Source: Candidatus Limnocylindrus sp. (GTDB taxonomy: Bacteria; Chloroflexota; Limnocylindria; Limnocylindrales; Limnocylindraceae). From it: a stretch of DNA of 64,000 nt. The DNA lies in assembly GCA_040397255.1 (NCBI GenBank), contig JBBAWJ010000001.1:53850-117849 (forward strand), written 5' to 3'. Positions 26,772 through 38,427 of this stretch are shown one piece after another; positions within the stretch are counted from its first letter, which is position 1, and the number at the start of each line of letters is the position of its first letter. The translations under genes and the position numbers were made by a program. The notes under the pieces were generated by a model that saw only the letters and a program-made list of their open reading frames with translations, made no database searches and was not told where the DNA came from.

Positions 26772-27641
26772 ATGGCACCAGTAACGATGCGCGACCTCCT
26801 CGAGGTCGGAGCCCACTTCGGGCACCAGACGCGCCGATGGAATCCCAAGATGGCGCCGTTTATCTACGCGCAGCGTAACGGGATCCACATCCTCGACCTC
26901 GCCAAGAGTGCGAAGCACCTGCAAATTGCCCTCGACGCCGTGCGCGACGCGAGCGCAAACGGGGAGACCATTCTCTTCGTCGGTACCAAGAAGCAGGCGC
27001 AGGCTCCGATTCAGGAAGAGGCAACCCGCGCTGGCCAGCCATACGTGATCAAGCGCTGGCTCGGCGGCATGCTCACCAACTTCATGACGATTCGCAAGCG
27101 CCTCACCCTCATGGAGCAGCTTGAGGCTCGAGAGCAGGCTGGCGAGTTCGCCATCATGTCGAAGAAAGAGGCGTCCAAGCTTGGCGACAAGCTGGAGAAG
27201 CTTCGCGGAGCGCTCGGCGGCATGCGCCGTTTGCGAAAGGCCCCAGGCATGGTCTTCATCATTGACCCAAGCCGCGAGACCCTCGCCGCGATTGAGGCGA
27301 ACAAGCTCGGGATCCCTGTTGTCGGCACCGCCGACACCAACGTCAATCCCGATCTGCTCACCTATCCGATCCCAGTAAACGACGACGCGATCAAGTGCAT
27401 TCGCTTGATCTGCACCGCCGTTGCTGATGCGGTGATCGAAGGCGCTGCGATTCGCGCCGCACGTTTGCCTGAGCTTGAGGCGCAAGAGGCCGCAGCAGCA
27501 GCTGCTGAGAACGCCGCTGACGCCCCTGAGGCATCCGATGTGCAGGACGACCTCGTTGCCGCGCTGAGTGCTACCGGCACGCTGAGCTTCTCGCCTGACG
27601 AGGAGCCTGCGCCCGCCGTTGGCACCACCCCAGCAGTGTAA
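26772..27641 (+). CDS. rpsB: 30S ribosomal protein S2 (Ala/Glu-rich C-terminal tail)
   Basis: MAPVTMRDLLEVGAHFGHQTRRWNPKM matches uS2. AAGGAGAA RBS. The ORF-track start at 26715 is rejected. Confidence 0.9.
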   Translation: MAPVTMRDLLEVGAHFGHQTRRWNPKMAPFIYAQRNGIHILDLAKSAKHLQIALDAVRDASANGETILFVGTKKQAQAPIQEEATRAGQPYVIKRWLGGMLTNFMTIRKRLTLMEQLEAREQAGEFAIMSKKEASKLGDKLEKLRGALGGMRRLRKAPGMVFIIDPSRETLAAIEANKLGIPVVGTADTNVNPDLLTYPIPVNDDAIKCIRLICTAVADAVIEGAAIRAARLPELEAQEAAAAAAENAADAPEASDVQDDLVAALSATGTLSFSPDEEPAPAVGTTPAV

Positions 27642-27651
27642 GGAGGCCACC

Positions 27652-28248
27652 ATGGCGATTAGCGCAGAGGCGGTACGAGATCTACGCGAGCGCACAGGCG
27701 CTGGGATGATGGATTGCAAGCGTGCACTCGAAGAGTGCGACGGCGATGTTGAGAAGGCCGTACTGGCACTTCGTGAGGCTGGCCTAGCCGCCGCCGCGAA
27801 GAAGGCCGGTCGAGATGCACGTGAGGGGCTCGTCTCTTCGTACATCCATACCGGCGGCCGTGTGGGCGTGCTTCTTGAGATCAATTGTGAGACAGACTTC
27901 GTGGCGCGCAATGAGCAGTTCCAGAAGTTGGTGAAAGACATCGCGATGCAGATTGCAGGACTTCACCCGCTCTATGTCAGCCAGGAGCAGATCCCTGCCG
28001 CTGCACTCGAGGTGAAGCGCGCCGCACTCCTTGAGGATGAGGCGCTCGCCAAGAAGCCAGAGGCGATGCGGGCGCAAATCGTTGAGGGCCAACTCCGCAA
28101 GTGGTTCGAAGAGGTCTGCCTTCTCGATCAGCCGTTCCGCGACGGTGACGAGACGGTTGCTCAGCTGATCACGAACGCGATTGCCACGATTGGTGAGAAC
28201 ATCCGAGTACGGCGCTTCGTGCGCTACGCACTCGGCGAGGAGCTGTAG
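27652..28248 (+). CDS. tsf: elongation factor Ts
   Basis: ISAEAVRDLRERTGAGMMDCKRALEE matches the EF-Ts N-terminus. AAGGAGG RBS. Confidence 0.9.
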   Translation: MAISAEAVRDLRERTGAGMMDCKRALEECDGDVEKAVLALREAGLAAAAKKAGRDAREGLVSSYIHTGGRVGVLLEINCETDFVARNEQFQKLVKDIAMQIAGLHPLYVSQEQIPAAALEVKRAALLEDEALAKKPEAMRAQIVEGQLRKWFEEVCLLDQPFRDGDETVAQLITNAIATIGENIRVRRFVRYALGEEL

Positions 28249-29551
<1,303 letters not shown>

Positions 29552-29555
<4 letters not shown>

Positions 29556-30301
29556 CCGACGCCGAAATTCGGCGACCTGCTGACGCGCAGCCGCTGGTGC
29601 ACAGCACCCCACCGCCCGAAGGCGGGCCGAGCCATGTCGCCATCATCATGGACGGGAATCGGCGCTGGGCACGCAGTCGGAACCTCGATGAACTCGAAGG
29701 GCACGTCGCCGGCACAGAGGCGTTGCGCACCGTCCTCAAGCACGCAGTGCAGATCGGCATCCCACACCTAACCGTCTACGCCTTCAGCCGTGAGAACTGG
29801 GCCCGTAGCGACAAGGAGGTAGCGCAGCTCTTCAATCTCCTGGCGAAGGTGATCGATGATGAAACGCCCGAGCTGCTTGCGCAGGGGGTGGCCGTCCGCT
29901 TTCTCGGTCGACTCGCCGAGCTGCCAGACCAGGCGCAGGAGCGCATTGCCGCTGCGTGTGCAAAGACGGTAGGTGGCACAAAGCTCCAGTTGGCTGTCGC
30001 TTTTAACTACGGCAGCCGCACCGAGATTGTTGATGCCATTCGCACGATTGTGACCGCTGGCCTCTCCCCTGAGAGCATCGATGAGCGTACGATCGCCGAC
30101 GCCCTCTACACCGTCGGCACACCAGACCCTGATCTCGTTATCCGCACGGGCGGGGAGGAGCGCCTCTCGAACTTCCTGTTGTGGCAGAGCGCCTACGCGG
30201 AGATCGTGACGACGGCAACACTCTGGCCGGATTTTGGCGCTGCGGATCTTGATGCGGCGATCGCGGCCTATGCCCAGCGCATCCGGCGGTTCGGGCGATG
30301 A
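29552..30301 (+). CDS. uppS: undecaprenyl pyrophosphate synthase
   Basis: HVAIIMDGNRRWA…TVYAFSRENWAR matches the cis-prenyltransferase motifs. Confidence 0.9.
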
Positions 30302-31140
30302 GCAGCGGGGCGCTGACCCAGCGGGCGATCGGCTCGCTCTTGATCCTCCCCGTCGCCGCCGTTGCGCTCTTCCCGCCAGCAGGCACACTCGGGGTAACCG
30401 TTCTCCTCATCGGCCTCGCTGCACGAGAAGCGGCTCGAATCCTCACCAAGGTGCTTGGTGGTGCTTCCGCATTCTGGATCACCGTCATCTTGGTCAGCCC
30501 GCTCTTCGCCGCCATCTCACCGGTACTAGGTGGAGTGTTGACCATCTCAGCACTCCTGATCTTCGTAGGAACGGTGATCCGTCGAGCGGTGCGCGCAACA
30601 GAGAAGAGGTTGGAACCTGAGCTGCGACTACTTCTTGGAACGATGGCTGCCGTGATCTGGTTGAGCCCGTTGACGCTGCTCCCACTTCTCGCGTCGCTCG
30701 ACCCACTTGATCGAGGCGCGCCGGCACGTTGGATCGTGTGGCTCCTGGCGATCGTTTGGACGGCAGATAGCGCCGCCTACCTCGTTGGGCGCACGATCGG
30801 TCGACGCAAGCTGGCGCCGGTCCTTTCGCCGCGCAAGAGCCTCGAGGGCTTCATCGGCGGCATCCTTGCTGCGGGACTCGTTGGTGCGCTGATCGCTGGG
30901 CCACTCTTCACACTCGGCACCCCCGAAGAGGCGCGCCCGCTCTGGGGGCTGGTCTGGGGCCTGATCATTGCGACTGCCGCTGAGGCGGGTGACCTCCTGG
31001 AGTCGCTCTTCAAGCGTGTTGCAGGCGCCGAGAGTGCATCGAATCTGATCCCCGGACATGGCGGCGTTCTGGATCGCATCGATAGCCTGCTGCTCGCGGC
31101 GCCAGTGACGCTCATCGCCGCGCTGCTACTGCGAGCCTAA
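30298..31140 (+). CDS. cdsA: phosphatidate cytidylyltransferase
   Basis: Polytopic membrane protein. C-terminal motif SLFKR…PGHGGVLDRIDS. Confidence 0.9.
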   Translation: MSSGALTQRAIGSLLILPVAAVALFPPAGTLGVTVLLIGLAAREAARILTKVLGGASAFWITVILVSPLFAAISPVLGGVLTISALLIFVGTVIRRAVRATEKRLEPELRLLLGTMAAVIWLSPLTLLPLLASLDPLDRGAPARWIVWLLAIVWTADSAAYLVGRTIGRRKLAPVLSPRKSLEGFIGGILAAGLVGALIAGPLFTLGTPEEARPLWGLVWGLIIATAAEAGDLLESLFKRVAGAESASNLIPGHGGVLDRIDSLLLAAPVTLIAALLLRA

Positions 31141-31141
31141 G

Positions 31142-32269
31142 GTGAGCCGCATCCGCGTCGCACTGCTCGGTGCAAGCGGCTCGATCGGCCTGCAAGCTGC
31201 CGAGGTTATTGCGCAGCACCCCGAGGAGTTTGAACTCGTTGCTCTGGCATCAGGCCGCGGTGGTGAGCAGCATGATGCTCTGGTAGCGGCCACTCCGCAG
31301 GCGCGCAGCCTCGTCGGCGGCAGTGCGGATGATCTGCGGGCCATCGTCCTTGATACCGCGCCCGATGTTGCCCTAATCGCCACGACTGGTGTTGTCGGCC
31401 TTGCCGCAACCGTCGCCGCTCTTGAGGCGGGTGTGGCGGTGGCGATCGCGAATAAGGAGACGATCGTCGCCGGAGGTGATGTGGTGATGCGCGCCGCCCG
31501 TGCAGCTGCAGAGCGCAAGGGGAGCAACGCTCTGGAGCGCCTTCGACCAGTGGACTCAGAGCACTCGGCGCTCTGGCAATGCCTCGTCGGCGAGACGCTC
31601 GATCGCGTTCGGTCACTCTGGCTGACGGCGAGTGGCGGACCGTTTCGTGAATCGACCGCCGCCGAGATAGCCGCCGCAACTCCCGCGACGGCGCTCAAGC
31701 ACCCAACCTGGAGCATGGGGGCGAAGATCACCATCGATTCAGCGACCCTGGTGAACAAGGGCCTTGAGGCGATCGAGGCGCATCGGCTCTTCTCCGTGCC
31801 CATGGCGCAGATCAAGATCGTAGTGCACCCGCAGAGCGTCGTGCACGGCCTCGTGGAGTTCGTTGACGGATCAACAAAGGCGCAGATGGGGAGCCCAGAT
31901 ATGCGCGGGCCGATCGGTTATGCCCTCGGCTATCCTATGCGTATGGCTTCGACAATCCCGAACGTAGACCTCGTATCGCACGGATCACTCACGTTCACCG
32001 CGCCCGACCTTGTGCGCTTCCCGGGGCTGGCGATCGCCTTGGAGGCCGGCCGAGCCGGCGGTGCCGCTCCAGGCGCGCTGATCGCTGCCGACGGTGTGGC
32101 GGTTACCCGCTTCCTGGCCGGCGAGTTCCCGCTAGGCGGCATCCCGCAGCTGCTCCGCGATGCGGTGGAGCGGTTTGGCGTTCGCTCAGCCCCAGCGAGC
32201 GTCTCTGAGGTGATCGCACTGCATGAAGAGGTGACGCTGTTCGCAGAGCGCTGGAGTGGGGCCGCCTGA
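31142..32269 (+). CDS. dxr: 1-deoxy-D-xylulose 5-phosphate reductoisomerase
   Basis: LLGASGSIGLQA…ATALKHPTWSMGAKITIDSATLVNKGLE matches Dxr. Confidence 0.95.
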   Translation: MSRIRVALLGASGSIGLQAAEVIAQHPEEFELVALASGRGGEQHDALVAATPQARSLVGGSADDLRAIVLDTAPDVALIATTGVVGLAATVAALEAGVAVAIANKETIVAGGDVVMRAARAAAERKGSNALERLRPVDSEHSALWQCLVGETLDRVRSLWLTASGGPFRESTAAEIAAATPATALKHPTWSMGAKITIDSATLVNKGLEAIEAHRLFSVPMAQIKIVVHPQSVVHGLVEFVDGSTKAQMGSPDMRGPIGYALGYPMRMASTIPNVDLVSHGSLTFTAPDLVRFPGLAIALEAGRAGGAAPGALIAADGVAVTRFLAGEFPLGGIPQLLRDAVERFGVRSAPASVSEVIALHEEVTLFAERWSGAA

Positions 32270-33351
32270 TGGAGATTCTGACCGGCATCACCGGACCTGT
32301 GCTCGCATTCGTGCTCCTCGTGGTGCCACTCATCGTCGTGCACGAGCTGGGCCACCTCATCGTTGCGCGACTCCGCGGCATCGACGTGCCAGAATTTGGC
32401 ATCGGGTTCCCGCCACGCCTCTTCACGCTGCTACGCGGTCGGCGCACGGAGCTCACCATCAATGCTCTCCCGCTCGGTGGCTTTGTGCGCATGGCTGGCA
32501 GCGAAGAGGGTGATACCGACCGTGCAGGCTGGGAGCGAGCCACCCTGACCTCGAAGGTGTTGGTGATGGTCGCGGGCGTTGCAATGAATGTTGTGGTCGC
32601 CTTCCTGCTGATGTTGCTCCTCTCTGGGCCACTTGCCGAGCGTGCCAGCATCCTCCTCGCCGACGTTCAGCCAGGCTCCCCAGCGGCGGCCGCTGGCCTG
32701 CTCCCAGGTGATCGCATCCTTGGCCTCGAAGGAGAAACCTTCGACCGATTCGATTCACCTCTACGGAGCCTCCCCGAGCGAGCTGGGGAGACCGTGCGCG
32801 TGACGGTGGAGACTCCTGGCCAAACGGCGCGCGAGGTTTCCATGACGCTGCGCACCGCTGCTGAGGCGGCGGGGCCGGGGTACATGGGTGTGCAGATTGC
32901 ATCGATTGATGGCGCCGGGCCGCTCTCTCGTCCGATCGTTGATGCGCTTGGACTTGCGGTCGCGCGCACGTGGGATGCCGGCACCTCGATCCTCGGCGCA
33001 CTGGGTACCTTCATTACGTCACCATTCAATCCATCTGACGGCACCGGTGGCGTTGCCGGCCCGATCGGTATTGCCGTCGGTGTCTCAGCGGCCGCAGGTC
33101 AGCTCGGCTTTGTAGGCCTCCTGCATATCGCCGCTCTGCTCTCAGCGAATCTTGCGGTGCTGAATCTACTGCCGATCCCGCCACTCGATGGTGGCCGCGT
33201 TGCTGCGCTCTTCCTACGTCGCCTGCTCGGTGAGGTGCGTGGTCGCCGCGTCGAACGCCAACTCGTCACTGGAGGTGCAGTACTCATGCTCGCCCTCTTC
33301 GCCTGGATCTCCCTCGGGGACATCCTGAATCTCTTTGGAGTAGATCGATGA
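32269..33351 (+). CDS. rseP: RIP zinc metalloprotease RseP (site-2 protease, M50)
   Basis: HELGH motif within the first TM. PDZ-containing middle region. [10 protein letters not shown]-terminal motif. Confidence 0.9.
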   Translation: MEILTGITGPVLAFVLLVVPLIVVHELGHLIVARLRGIDVPEFGIGFPPRLFTLLRGRRTELTINALPLGGFVRMAGSEEGDTDRAGWERATLTSKVLVMVAGVAMNVVVAFLLMLLLSGPLAERASILLADVQPGSPAAAAGLLPGDRILGLEGETFDRFDSPLRSLPERAGETVRVTVETPGQTAREVSMTLRTAAEAAGPGYMGVQIASIDGAGPLSRPIVDALGLAVARTWDAGTSILGALGTFITSPFNPSDGTGGVAGPIGIAVGVSAAAGQLGFVGLLHIAALLSANLAVLNLLPIPPLDGGRVAALFLRRLLGEVRGRRVERQLVTGGAVLMLALFAWISLGDILNLFGVDR

Positions 33352-34616
33352 GCCGCGAGCTGAACGTCGTCGCCCGCCCTGCAGCCGACAGTCCAGACCA
33401 ACTTCGTCCAGTTCGTCGCTCAACTCCGAGCGTCTCTGTTGGCGGCGTGCTGGTTGGCTCTGCCCACCCAATCGTTGTGCAATCGATGACGAACACCGAC
33501 ACCGCTGACGCGGCGGGCACCGCGGCGCAGGTCGCGCACCTGGCACGGGCTGGAAGTCAGATCGTGCGCGTCACCGTGAATAACGACGCATCTGCCGCGG
33601 CGATCCCCGAGATCGTGCAGCGACTCGCCGATGAGGGGCTCACGACGCCCATCGTTGGTGACTTCCACTACAACGGTCACAAGCTACTTGCCGCTCACCC
33701 GAAGAGCGCCTCGCTGCTGGCAAAGTATCGGATCAATCCGGGCAATGTGGGGAGCAAGCGCCGTGACGAGAACTTCCAGATGATCGTTAAGGTTGCGATT
33801 GATCACGATAAGCCGGTGCGCATTGGCGTCAACTGGGGGTCGCTGGACCAGGACCTCTTAACGAAACTGATGGAGGAGAACGCCGCAGCGGACTCTCCAG
33901 CAAGCGCACGAGCAGTAACGATCGAGGCGATCGTGCGCTCTGCAACGCAGTCGGCCGAACTCGCCGAAGCCACGGGACTGCCGCACGATCGCATTCTGCT
34001 CTCTGCCAAGACCTCAAACGTGCGCGATCTGTTCGACGTGTACACCAATCTTGCGGGCCGCTGTGACTATCCACTGCATCTCGGCCTGACCGAGGCGGGG
34101 ATGGGGATGAAGGGGATCGTGGCCACTAGCGCCGCGCTCGGGCATCTGCTGAACCAGGGGATCGGCGACACGATTCGCGTCTCATTGACGCCAGAGCCGG
34201 GCGCCGACCGCGCGCTCGAGGTTGAGGTGGCGCAACAGATCCTGCAGTCACTTGGCCTCCGCGCCTTCTCGCCACAGGTCACCTCTTGTCCGGGGTGTGG
34301 GCGCACAACGAGCACCTTCTTCCAGGAGATGGCGCAAGAGATCCAGGCGTACCTCAAGGCGCGCCTGCCAGAGTGGCGCCCGCTGCATCCAGGGGTCGAG
34401 AACCTCGAGGTCGCGGTGATGGGCTGCGTGGTCAACGGGCCAGGGGAGTCGAAGCACGCGAACCTCGGGATCAGCTTGCCTGGGACGTTCGAGGAGCCAG
34501 TTGCCCCCGTATTCCAGAATGGCGCCCTGCTCACCACCCTTCGCGGGGAGAAGATCGTCGCCGAATTCCTGGAGATCCTCGAGCGCTACGTAGAGGCCCA
34601 CTACCCGAAGAGCTAG
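33348..34616 (+). CDS. ispG: 4-hydroxy-3-methylbut-2-enyl diphosphate synthase (GcpE)
   Basis: [20 protein letters not shown]…[16 protein letters not shown] matches IspG. Interdomain insertion typical of the long IspG form. Confidence 0.95.
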   Translation: MSRELNVVARPAADSPDQLRPVRRSTPSVSVGGVLVGSAHPIVVQSMTNTDTADAAGTAAQVAHLARAGSQIVRVTVNNDASAAAIPEIVQRLADEGLTTPIVGDFHYNGHKLLAAHPKSASLLAKYRINPGNVGSKRRDENFQMIVKVAIDHDKPVRIGVNWGSLDQDLLTKLMEENAAADSPASARAVTIEAIVRSATQSAELAEATGLPHDRILLSAKTSNVRDLFDVYTNLAGRCDYPLHLGLTEAGMGMKGIVATSAALGHLLNQGIGDTIRVSLTPEPGADRALEVEVAQQILQSLGLRAFSPQVTSCPGCGRTTSTFFQEMAQEIQAYLKARLPEWRPLHPGVENLEVAVMGCVVNGPGESKHANLGISLPGTFEEPVAPVFQNGALLTTLRGEKIVAEFLEILERYVEAHYPKS

Positions 34617-34692
34617 GGCCGCTGTCTTTGCGCAGCCTTGAGGCGCGCCAAGAGGGCTCGTGGGGACGCCGGTTTTAGGCTCTTCATGCCCA

Positions 34693-34701
34693 TGGTATAG
34701 T
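34693..34701 (+). promoter_or_regulatory. extended -10 TGgTATAGT, candidate nusA-infB operon promoter
   Basis: TGGTATAGT. Weak -35 TTTTAG 17 nt upstream. Lies upstream of the leader terminator hairpin. Confidence 0.35.
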
Positions 34702-34728
34702 TCGTGTAACAACGGCCGCCGGACGAGA

Positions 34729-34755
34729 GACGTGGGTGACCCCCACGTCTTTTTT
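34729..34755 (+). terminator. intrinsic-terminator-like hairpin (8-bp GC stem + T6), 34 nt upstream of the nusA start (leader attenuator or ispG terminator)
   Basis: gacgtggg-tgacc-cccacgtc followed by tttttt. Confidence 0.6.
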
Positions 34756-34788
34756 ATCGGGGTCGCAAGTACAGAGGGGAGGCGTGAC

Positions 34789-35859
34789 GTGAGCAAAGAG
34801 CTTGTGAGCGCCCTCATTCAGCTAGGCGCTGAGCGCGGTATTGATCGAGCTGCGGTGTTGCAGGCGGCAGAGGAGTCCTACGCGGTCGCTCTGAATCGCC
34901 GACACACCTCATCCGACATCCACGTGCGCCTTGATCCTGAATCAGGGGCAATGCGGGTCTTTCGGGCCCGCCGAGTCGTAGAAGAGGTACTCGTCCCCGG
35001 CGCAGAGTGGACGCCAGAAGAGGCCCAGGCAACGAGGCCAGGTGCTGTCGCTGGAGACCTCATCGAACTCGAAGAGATGGATGCCGATATGGGTCGCATC
35101 GTTGCGGCCCAGGCTCGCCAGGCGCTCCAGCAGCGCCTCATCCAGATCCAGCGCGACCTGACCATGCAGTCGTTCGCCGAGCGTGCGGGTGAGATTCTCA
35201 CCGGCGTCGTGATGCGCGTCGATCGCCGCAACCTCGTCTTGGACGTGGGGAAGGCGGAGGCATACCTGCCTGCAACGGAGCAGTCGCAGCTCGACACCTT
35301 CCGCATCGGCGAAAACGTCAAGGCACTCCTACTGGAAGTGCGAACAACCCTTCGTGGCCCAGAGATCCTTCTGACGCGTACGCATAAGAACTTCGTCAAG
35401 AAGCTCTTTGAACTTGAGGTTCCTGAGCTGACTGCGGGCACGGTGGAGATCACCTCGATCGCTCGTGAGCCGGGGAGCCGCACCAAGATTGTTGTTGCAA
35501 CGAAGCAGGTCGGACTCGATCCGGTCGGCGCAGTTGTGGGCCAGCGTGGCGCACGTGTGCAGGCTGTTGTTGAAGACCTTGGCGGCGAGAAGATTGACAT
35601 CATCGCGCACACTGACGATGCAGCTGAGGCGATTGGGCGAGCCCTCTCACCGGCGCCCGTCGTTTCGGTCACCGTTGACGAGGCGGCCAAGTCGGCAACC
35701 GTCGTGGTTCCCGAGCGCGCACTCTCGCTTGCGATCGGCGCTGGCGGACAGAACGCCCGCCTAGCGGCGCGACTCACCGGATTCCGCATCGACATCGCCA
35801 GTGATGGAACCGGAGCTGCTGAGGTGCCTGCAGTGGCCCCAGCGGGCGAGGAGGCCTAA
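34789..35859 (+). CDS. nusA: transcription termination/antitermination factor NusA
   Basis: The GTG 34789 start gives VSKELVSALIQLGAERGIDRAAVLQAAEES, matching the NusA N-terminus. S1 and KH domains follow. AGAGGGGAGG RBS. The ORF-track start at 34660 is rejected. Confidence 0.9.
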   Translation: MSKELVSALIQLGAERGIDRAAVLQAAEESYAVALNRRHTSSDIHVRLDPESGAMRVFRARRVVEEVLVPGAEWTPEEAQATRPGAVAGDLIELEEMDADMGRIVAAQARQALQQRLIQIQRDLTMQSFAERAGEILTGVVMRVDRRNLVLDVGKAEAYLPATEQSQLDTFRIGENVKALLLEVRTTLRGPEILLTRTHKNFVKKLFELEVPELTAGTVEITSIAREPGSRTKIVVATKQVGLDPVGAVVGQRGARVQAVVEDLGGEKIDIIAHTDDAAEAIGRALSPAPVVSVTVDEAAKSATVVVPERALSLAIGAGGQNARLAARLTGFRIDIASDGTGAAEVPAVAPAGEEA

Positions 35860-36127
35860 GACGCCCGCCGTTCGTGCGCGCACCTGCGTGGCCTGTCGGC
35901 TGACACAGCCGCCAGAGACGCTCGTGCGGTACGGAGCCTCCGCAGATGGAGTGGTGCGAGAGGGCGCTATTGGCGGTCGAGGTGCGTGGATCTGCCAGAG
36001 CGGCGACGAGGCACACGACCTGCAGATTGGTGAAGGACTACGACGAGGGTTGAAGGGTCGCATCGCGGCCACAGATCTTGAACAGATTCTGATTGAGCGA
36101 CGAAGCCGACGAGACGAAAGGGGGTAG
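35804..36127 (+). CDS. ylxR: YlxR/DUF448 family protein (nusA-infB operon RNA-binding protein)
   Basis: RTCVACRLTQPPETLVRY…GRGAWIC matches DUF448. No canonical start lies downstream of the nusA stop, so the gene overlaps the nusA 3' end by about 56 nt. Confidence 0.7.
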   Translation: MEPELLRCLQWPQRARRPKTPAVRARTCVACRLTQPPETLVRYGASADGVVREGAIGGRGAWICQSGDEAHDLQIGEGLRRGLKGRIAATDLEQILIERRSRRDERG

Positions 36128-36130
36128 CAG

Positions 36131-38002
36131 ATGACGAAGCAGCGTAAGAGCATCCGTCCACCGCGCCCCGATCGCTTACCACCGGAGCCGAAGCCAGCAC
36201 GCGTTGCGCAGGTTCATGACGGTATCCTCGAGTTGCCCGCCTCAATCGCGGTCGGCGATCTTGCAACGCTGCTCAAGGTAAACCCCGCAGACATCATCAA
36301 TCCACTGATTCGCAGTGGTGTCTTTGCCACGATGAACCAGGGCATTGATCGCGAGACAGCCTCCCTGATTGCGACTGAACTCGGCTTCACTGTAAAAGAG
36401 CCGGAGCCTGACGAAGACGAGGTTGCGCCAGAGGCGACCCCCGAGGCCGTACCGGCTGCAACAAAGACAGAATTCTTTAGCGAAGATCCGGGCGCCGCAC
36501 TTATCTCGCGCGCCCCCATCGTTACCGTCATGGGCCACGTCGATCACGGCAAGACGAGCCTGCTCGATGCGCTGCGCAAGACCAGCGTTGCGGAGGGCGA
36601 GCGTGGCGGCATTACCCAGCACCTTGGTGCTAGCCAGGTACAGCGTGGCGACCGTTCGATCCTCTTCCTCGACACCCCTGGACACGAAGCGTTTACGGCG
36701 ATGCGGGCGCGGGGCGCGCGAGTGACAGATATCGCCATTGTCGTAGTCGCCGCTGACGATGGCGTGATGCCGCAGACAAAAGAGGCGATCAGCCATGCTC
36801 GTGCGGCAAATGTTCCGATCATCATCGCGCTCAACAAGATCGACAAGCCAGATGCAAACCCGGATCGCGTGAAGACGGAGCTCGCGGAATCTAACGTCGT
36901 GATCGAGGATTACGGCGGCGATGTGCCGCTCGTAGCGGTGTCGGCTCGAACCGGCGCCGGCCTCGACGATCTCCTCGACATGGTCCTCCTCGTCGCCGAT
37001 CTCGGTGACTACAAGGCTGATGCGGCGCGACTTGCGGTGGGCACGGTGATTGAGGCCCAGCGCGACAAGGGGCGCGGTCCGATCGCCACAGTGATCGTGC
37101 AGACGGGCACCCTCCGCGTTGGTGACCACATGGTCGTCGGTGCCATCTCAGGGAAGGTCCGCTCGCTGGAGTCGACCGATGGGGGCCGGATCAAGTTGGC
37201 GGGCCCGTCAACAGCAGTAGTCGTCTCAGGTCTCCCCGAGGTCCCCGTCAGCGGTGAGATCTTCCGTACTGCGGTGGACGAGAAGGAGGCCCGCTCCTGG
37301 TCTGAGGCCGCCGCCGACGCTACGAGCGCCGGGCGTGATAGTGGCCACGCCACGATGGAGGACCTCTATAAGCGCATTCAGTCTGGAGCTGGCAAAGAGG
37401 TCCGCGTCATTCTGAAGTCTGATGTGGCCGGATCACTCGGCGCTATTGAACACCAGCTCGAGAAGATGCAGAGCGATGAGGTGCGCATCAACGTGCTCCT
37501 CTCGGCCGCGGGGGAGGTCACCGAGAACGACATCCTGCTCGCCTCAGCATCTGACGCAATCGTGCTCGGCTTCACTACAACGCTCACCCCAGGTGCGCGC
37601 CGCATGGCTGAGACCAACAAGGTTGACGTGCGCCTCTACGAGATCATCTACGAACTCGCCGACGATATGAAGGCTGCGCTTGAGGGGATGCTCGATCCTG
37701 AGAAGTCAGAGGTGGTCGAGGGGCGTGCCGAGGTGAAGCAGCTCTTCCCTGGAAAGGGCTTCGTCATTGCGGGTTCGATCATTCGCGAGGGCCGCGTTAC
37801 GCGCGGCGCTAAGGTGCGCGTGATGCGCGGCGGTAGCCTTGTTGCAACTGACGTGATCGAGTCGCTGCGTCGCTTCCGTGATGATGTTCGTGAAGTGAAA
37901 GAGGGCCAGGAGTGCGGCATCGGCCTTGGTGCGTCGGTCACCGTACTTGAGGGCGACATCTTGGAGATCATCGGCGAGAAGTCGACGAGGCGGACCCTCT
38001 AA
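36131..38002 (+). CDS. infB: translation initiation factor IF-2
   Basis: [17 protein letters not shown] and NKID are the GTPase motifs. 623 aa. Confidence 0.95.
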   Translation: MTKQRKSIRPPRPDRLPPEPKPARVAQVHDGILELPASIAVGDLATLLKVNPADIINPLIRSGVFATMNQGIDRETASLIATELGFTVKEPEPDEDEVAPEATPEAVPAATKTEFFSEDPGAALISRAPIVTVMGHVDHGKTSLLDALRKTSVAEGERGGITQHLGASQVQRGDRSILFLDTPGHEAFTAMRARGARVTDIAIVVVAADDGVMPQTKEAISHARAANVPIIIALNKIDKPDANPDRVKTELAESNVVIEDYGGDVPLVAVSARTGAGLDDLLDMVLLVADLGDYKADAARLAVGTVIEAQRDKGRGPIATVIVQTGTLRVGDHMVVGAISGKVRSLESTDGGRIKLAGPSTAVVVSGLPEVPVSGEIFRTAVDEKEARSWSEAAADATSAGRDSGHATMEDLYKRIQSGAGKEVRVILKSDVAGSLGAIEHQLEKMQSDEVRINVLLSAAGEVTENDILLASASDAIVLGFTTTLTPGARRMAETNKVDVRLYEIIYELADDMKAALEGMLDPEKSEVVEGRAEVKQLFPGKGFVIAGSIIREGRVTRGAKVRVMRGGSLVATDVIESLRRFRDDVREVKEGQECGIGLGASVTVLEGDILEIIGEKSTRRTL

Positions 38003-38004
38003 GC

Positions 38005-38427
38005 ATGTCTGAGCGGATGCCCCGTGTCGACGAGCTTCTCCGAGAAGAGATCAGTGCCCATATCGGACGATCTCTGAGCGATCCACGGCTCGGCTTTGTG
38101 ACCGTTACCTCCGTCTCTACGTCGCCGGACCTGCGACACGCGAAAGTCTTTGTTAGCACCATCGGTAGCGAAGAGCAGCGCGTCGCCTCACTTGCAGCGC
38201 TAAAGAGTGCCGCATCGCACCTTCGCACCCTGATCGGCAAGGGGCTGCGCATTCGACGCGTCCCCGATTTGCACTTTGAACTCGACGAGGCGGGCGATCG
38301 TGGCGCGCGCATTCAGCAGCTGCTCGGTAGCATTGCCGATGGAGGGCTCCCACCAGAGACGCTCTCGCCGCTTCCAGCCCCAACCCGTACAGGAGTTGAA
38401 GAGAAGAGCCGAAGGAGTAAGGGATGA
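38005..38427 (+). CDS. rbfA: ribosome-binding factor A
   Basis: RMPRVDELLREEIS…DPRLGFVTVTSV…AKVFVS matches RbfA. Confidence 0.9.
   Translation: MSERMPRVDELLREEISAHIGRSLSDPRLGFVTVTSVSTSPDLRHAKVFVSTIGSEEQRVASLAALKSAASHLRTLIGKGLRIRRVPDLHFELDEAGDRGARIQQLLGSIADGGLPPETLSPLPAPTRTGVEEKSRRSKG

Noticed and set aside
34617-34788. Possibility that a rimP gene or small ncRNA gene occupies the ispG-nusA gap.
   Set aside because: The gap (172 nt) is too short for RimP (about 150 aa) and contains no ORF. I see no tRNA-like T-arm/anticodon features. Its content is better explained as promoter plus leader terminator.
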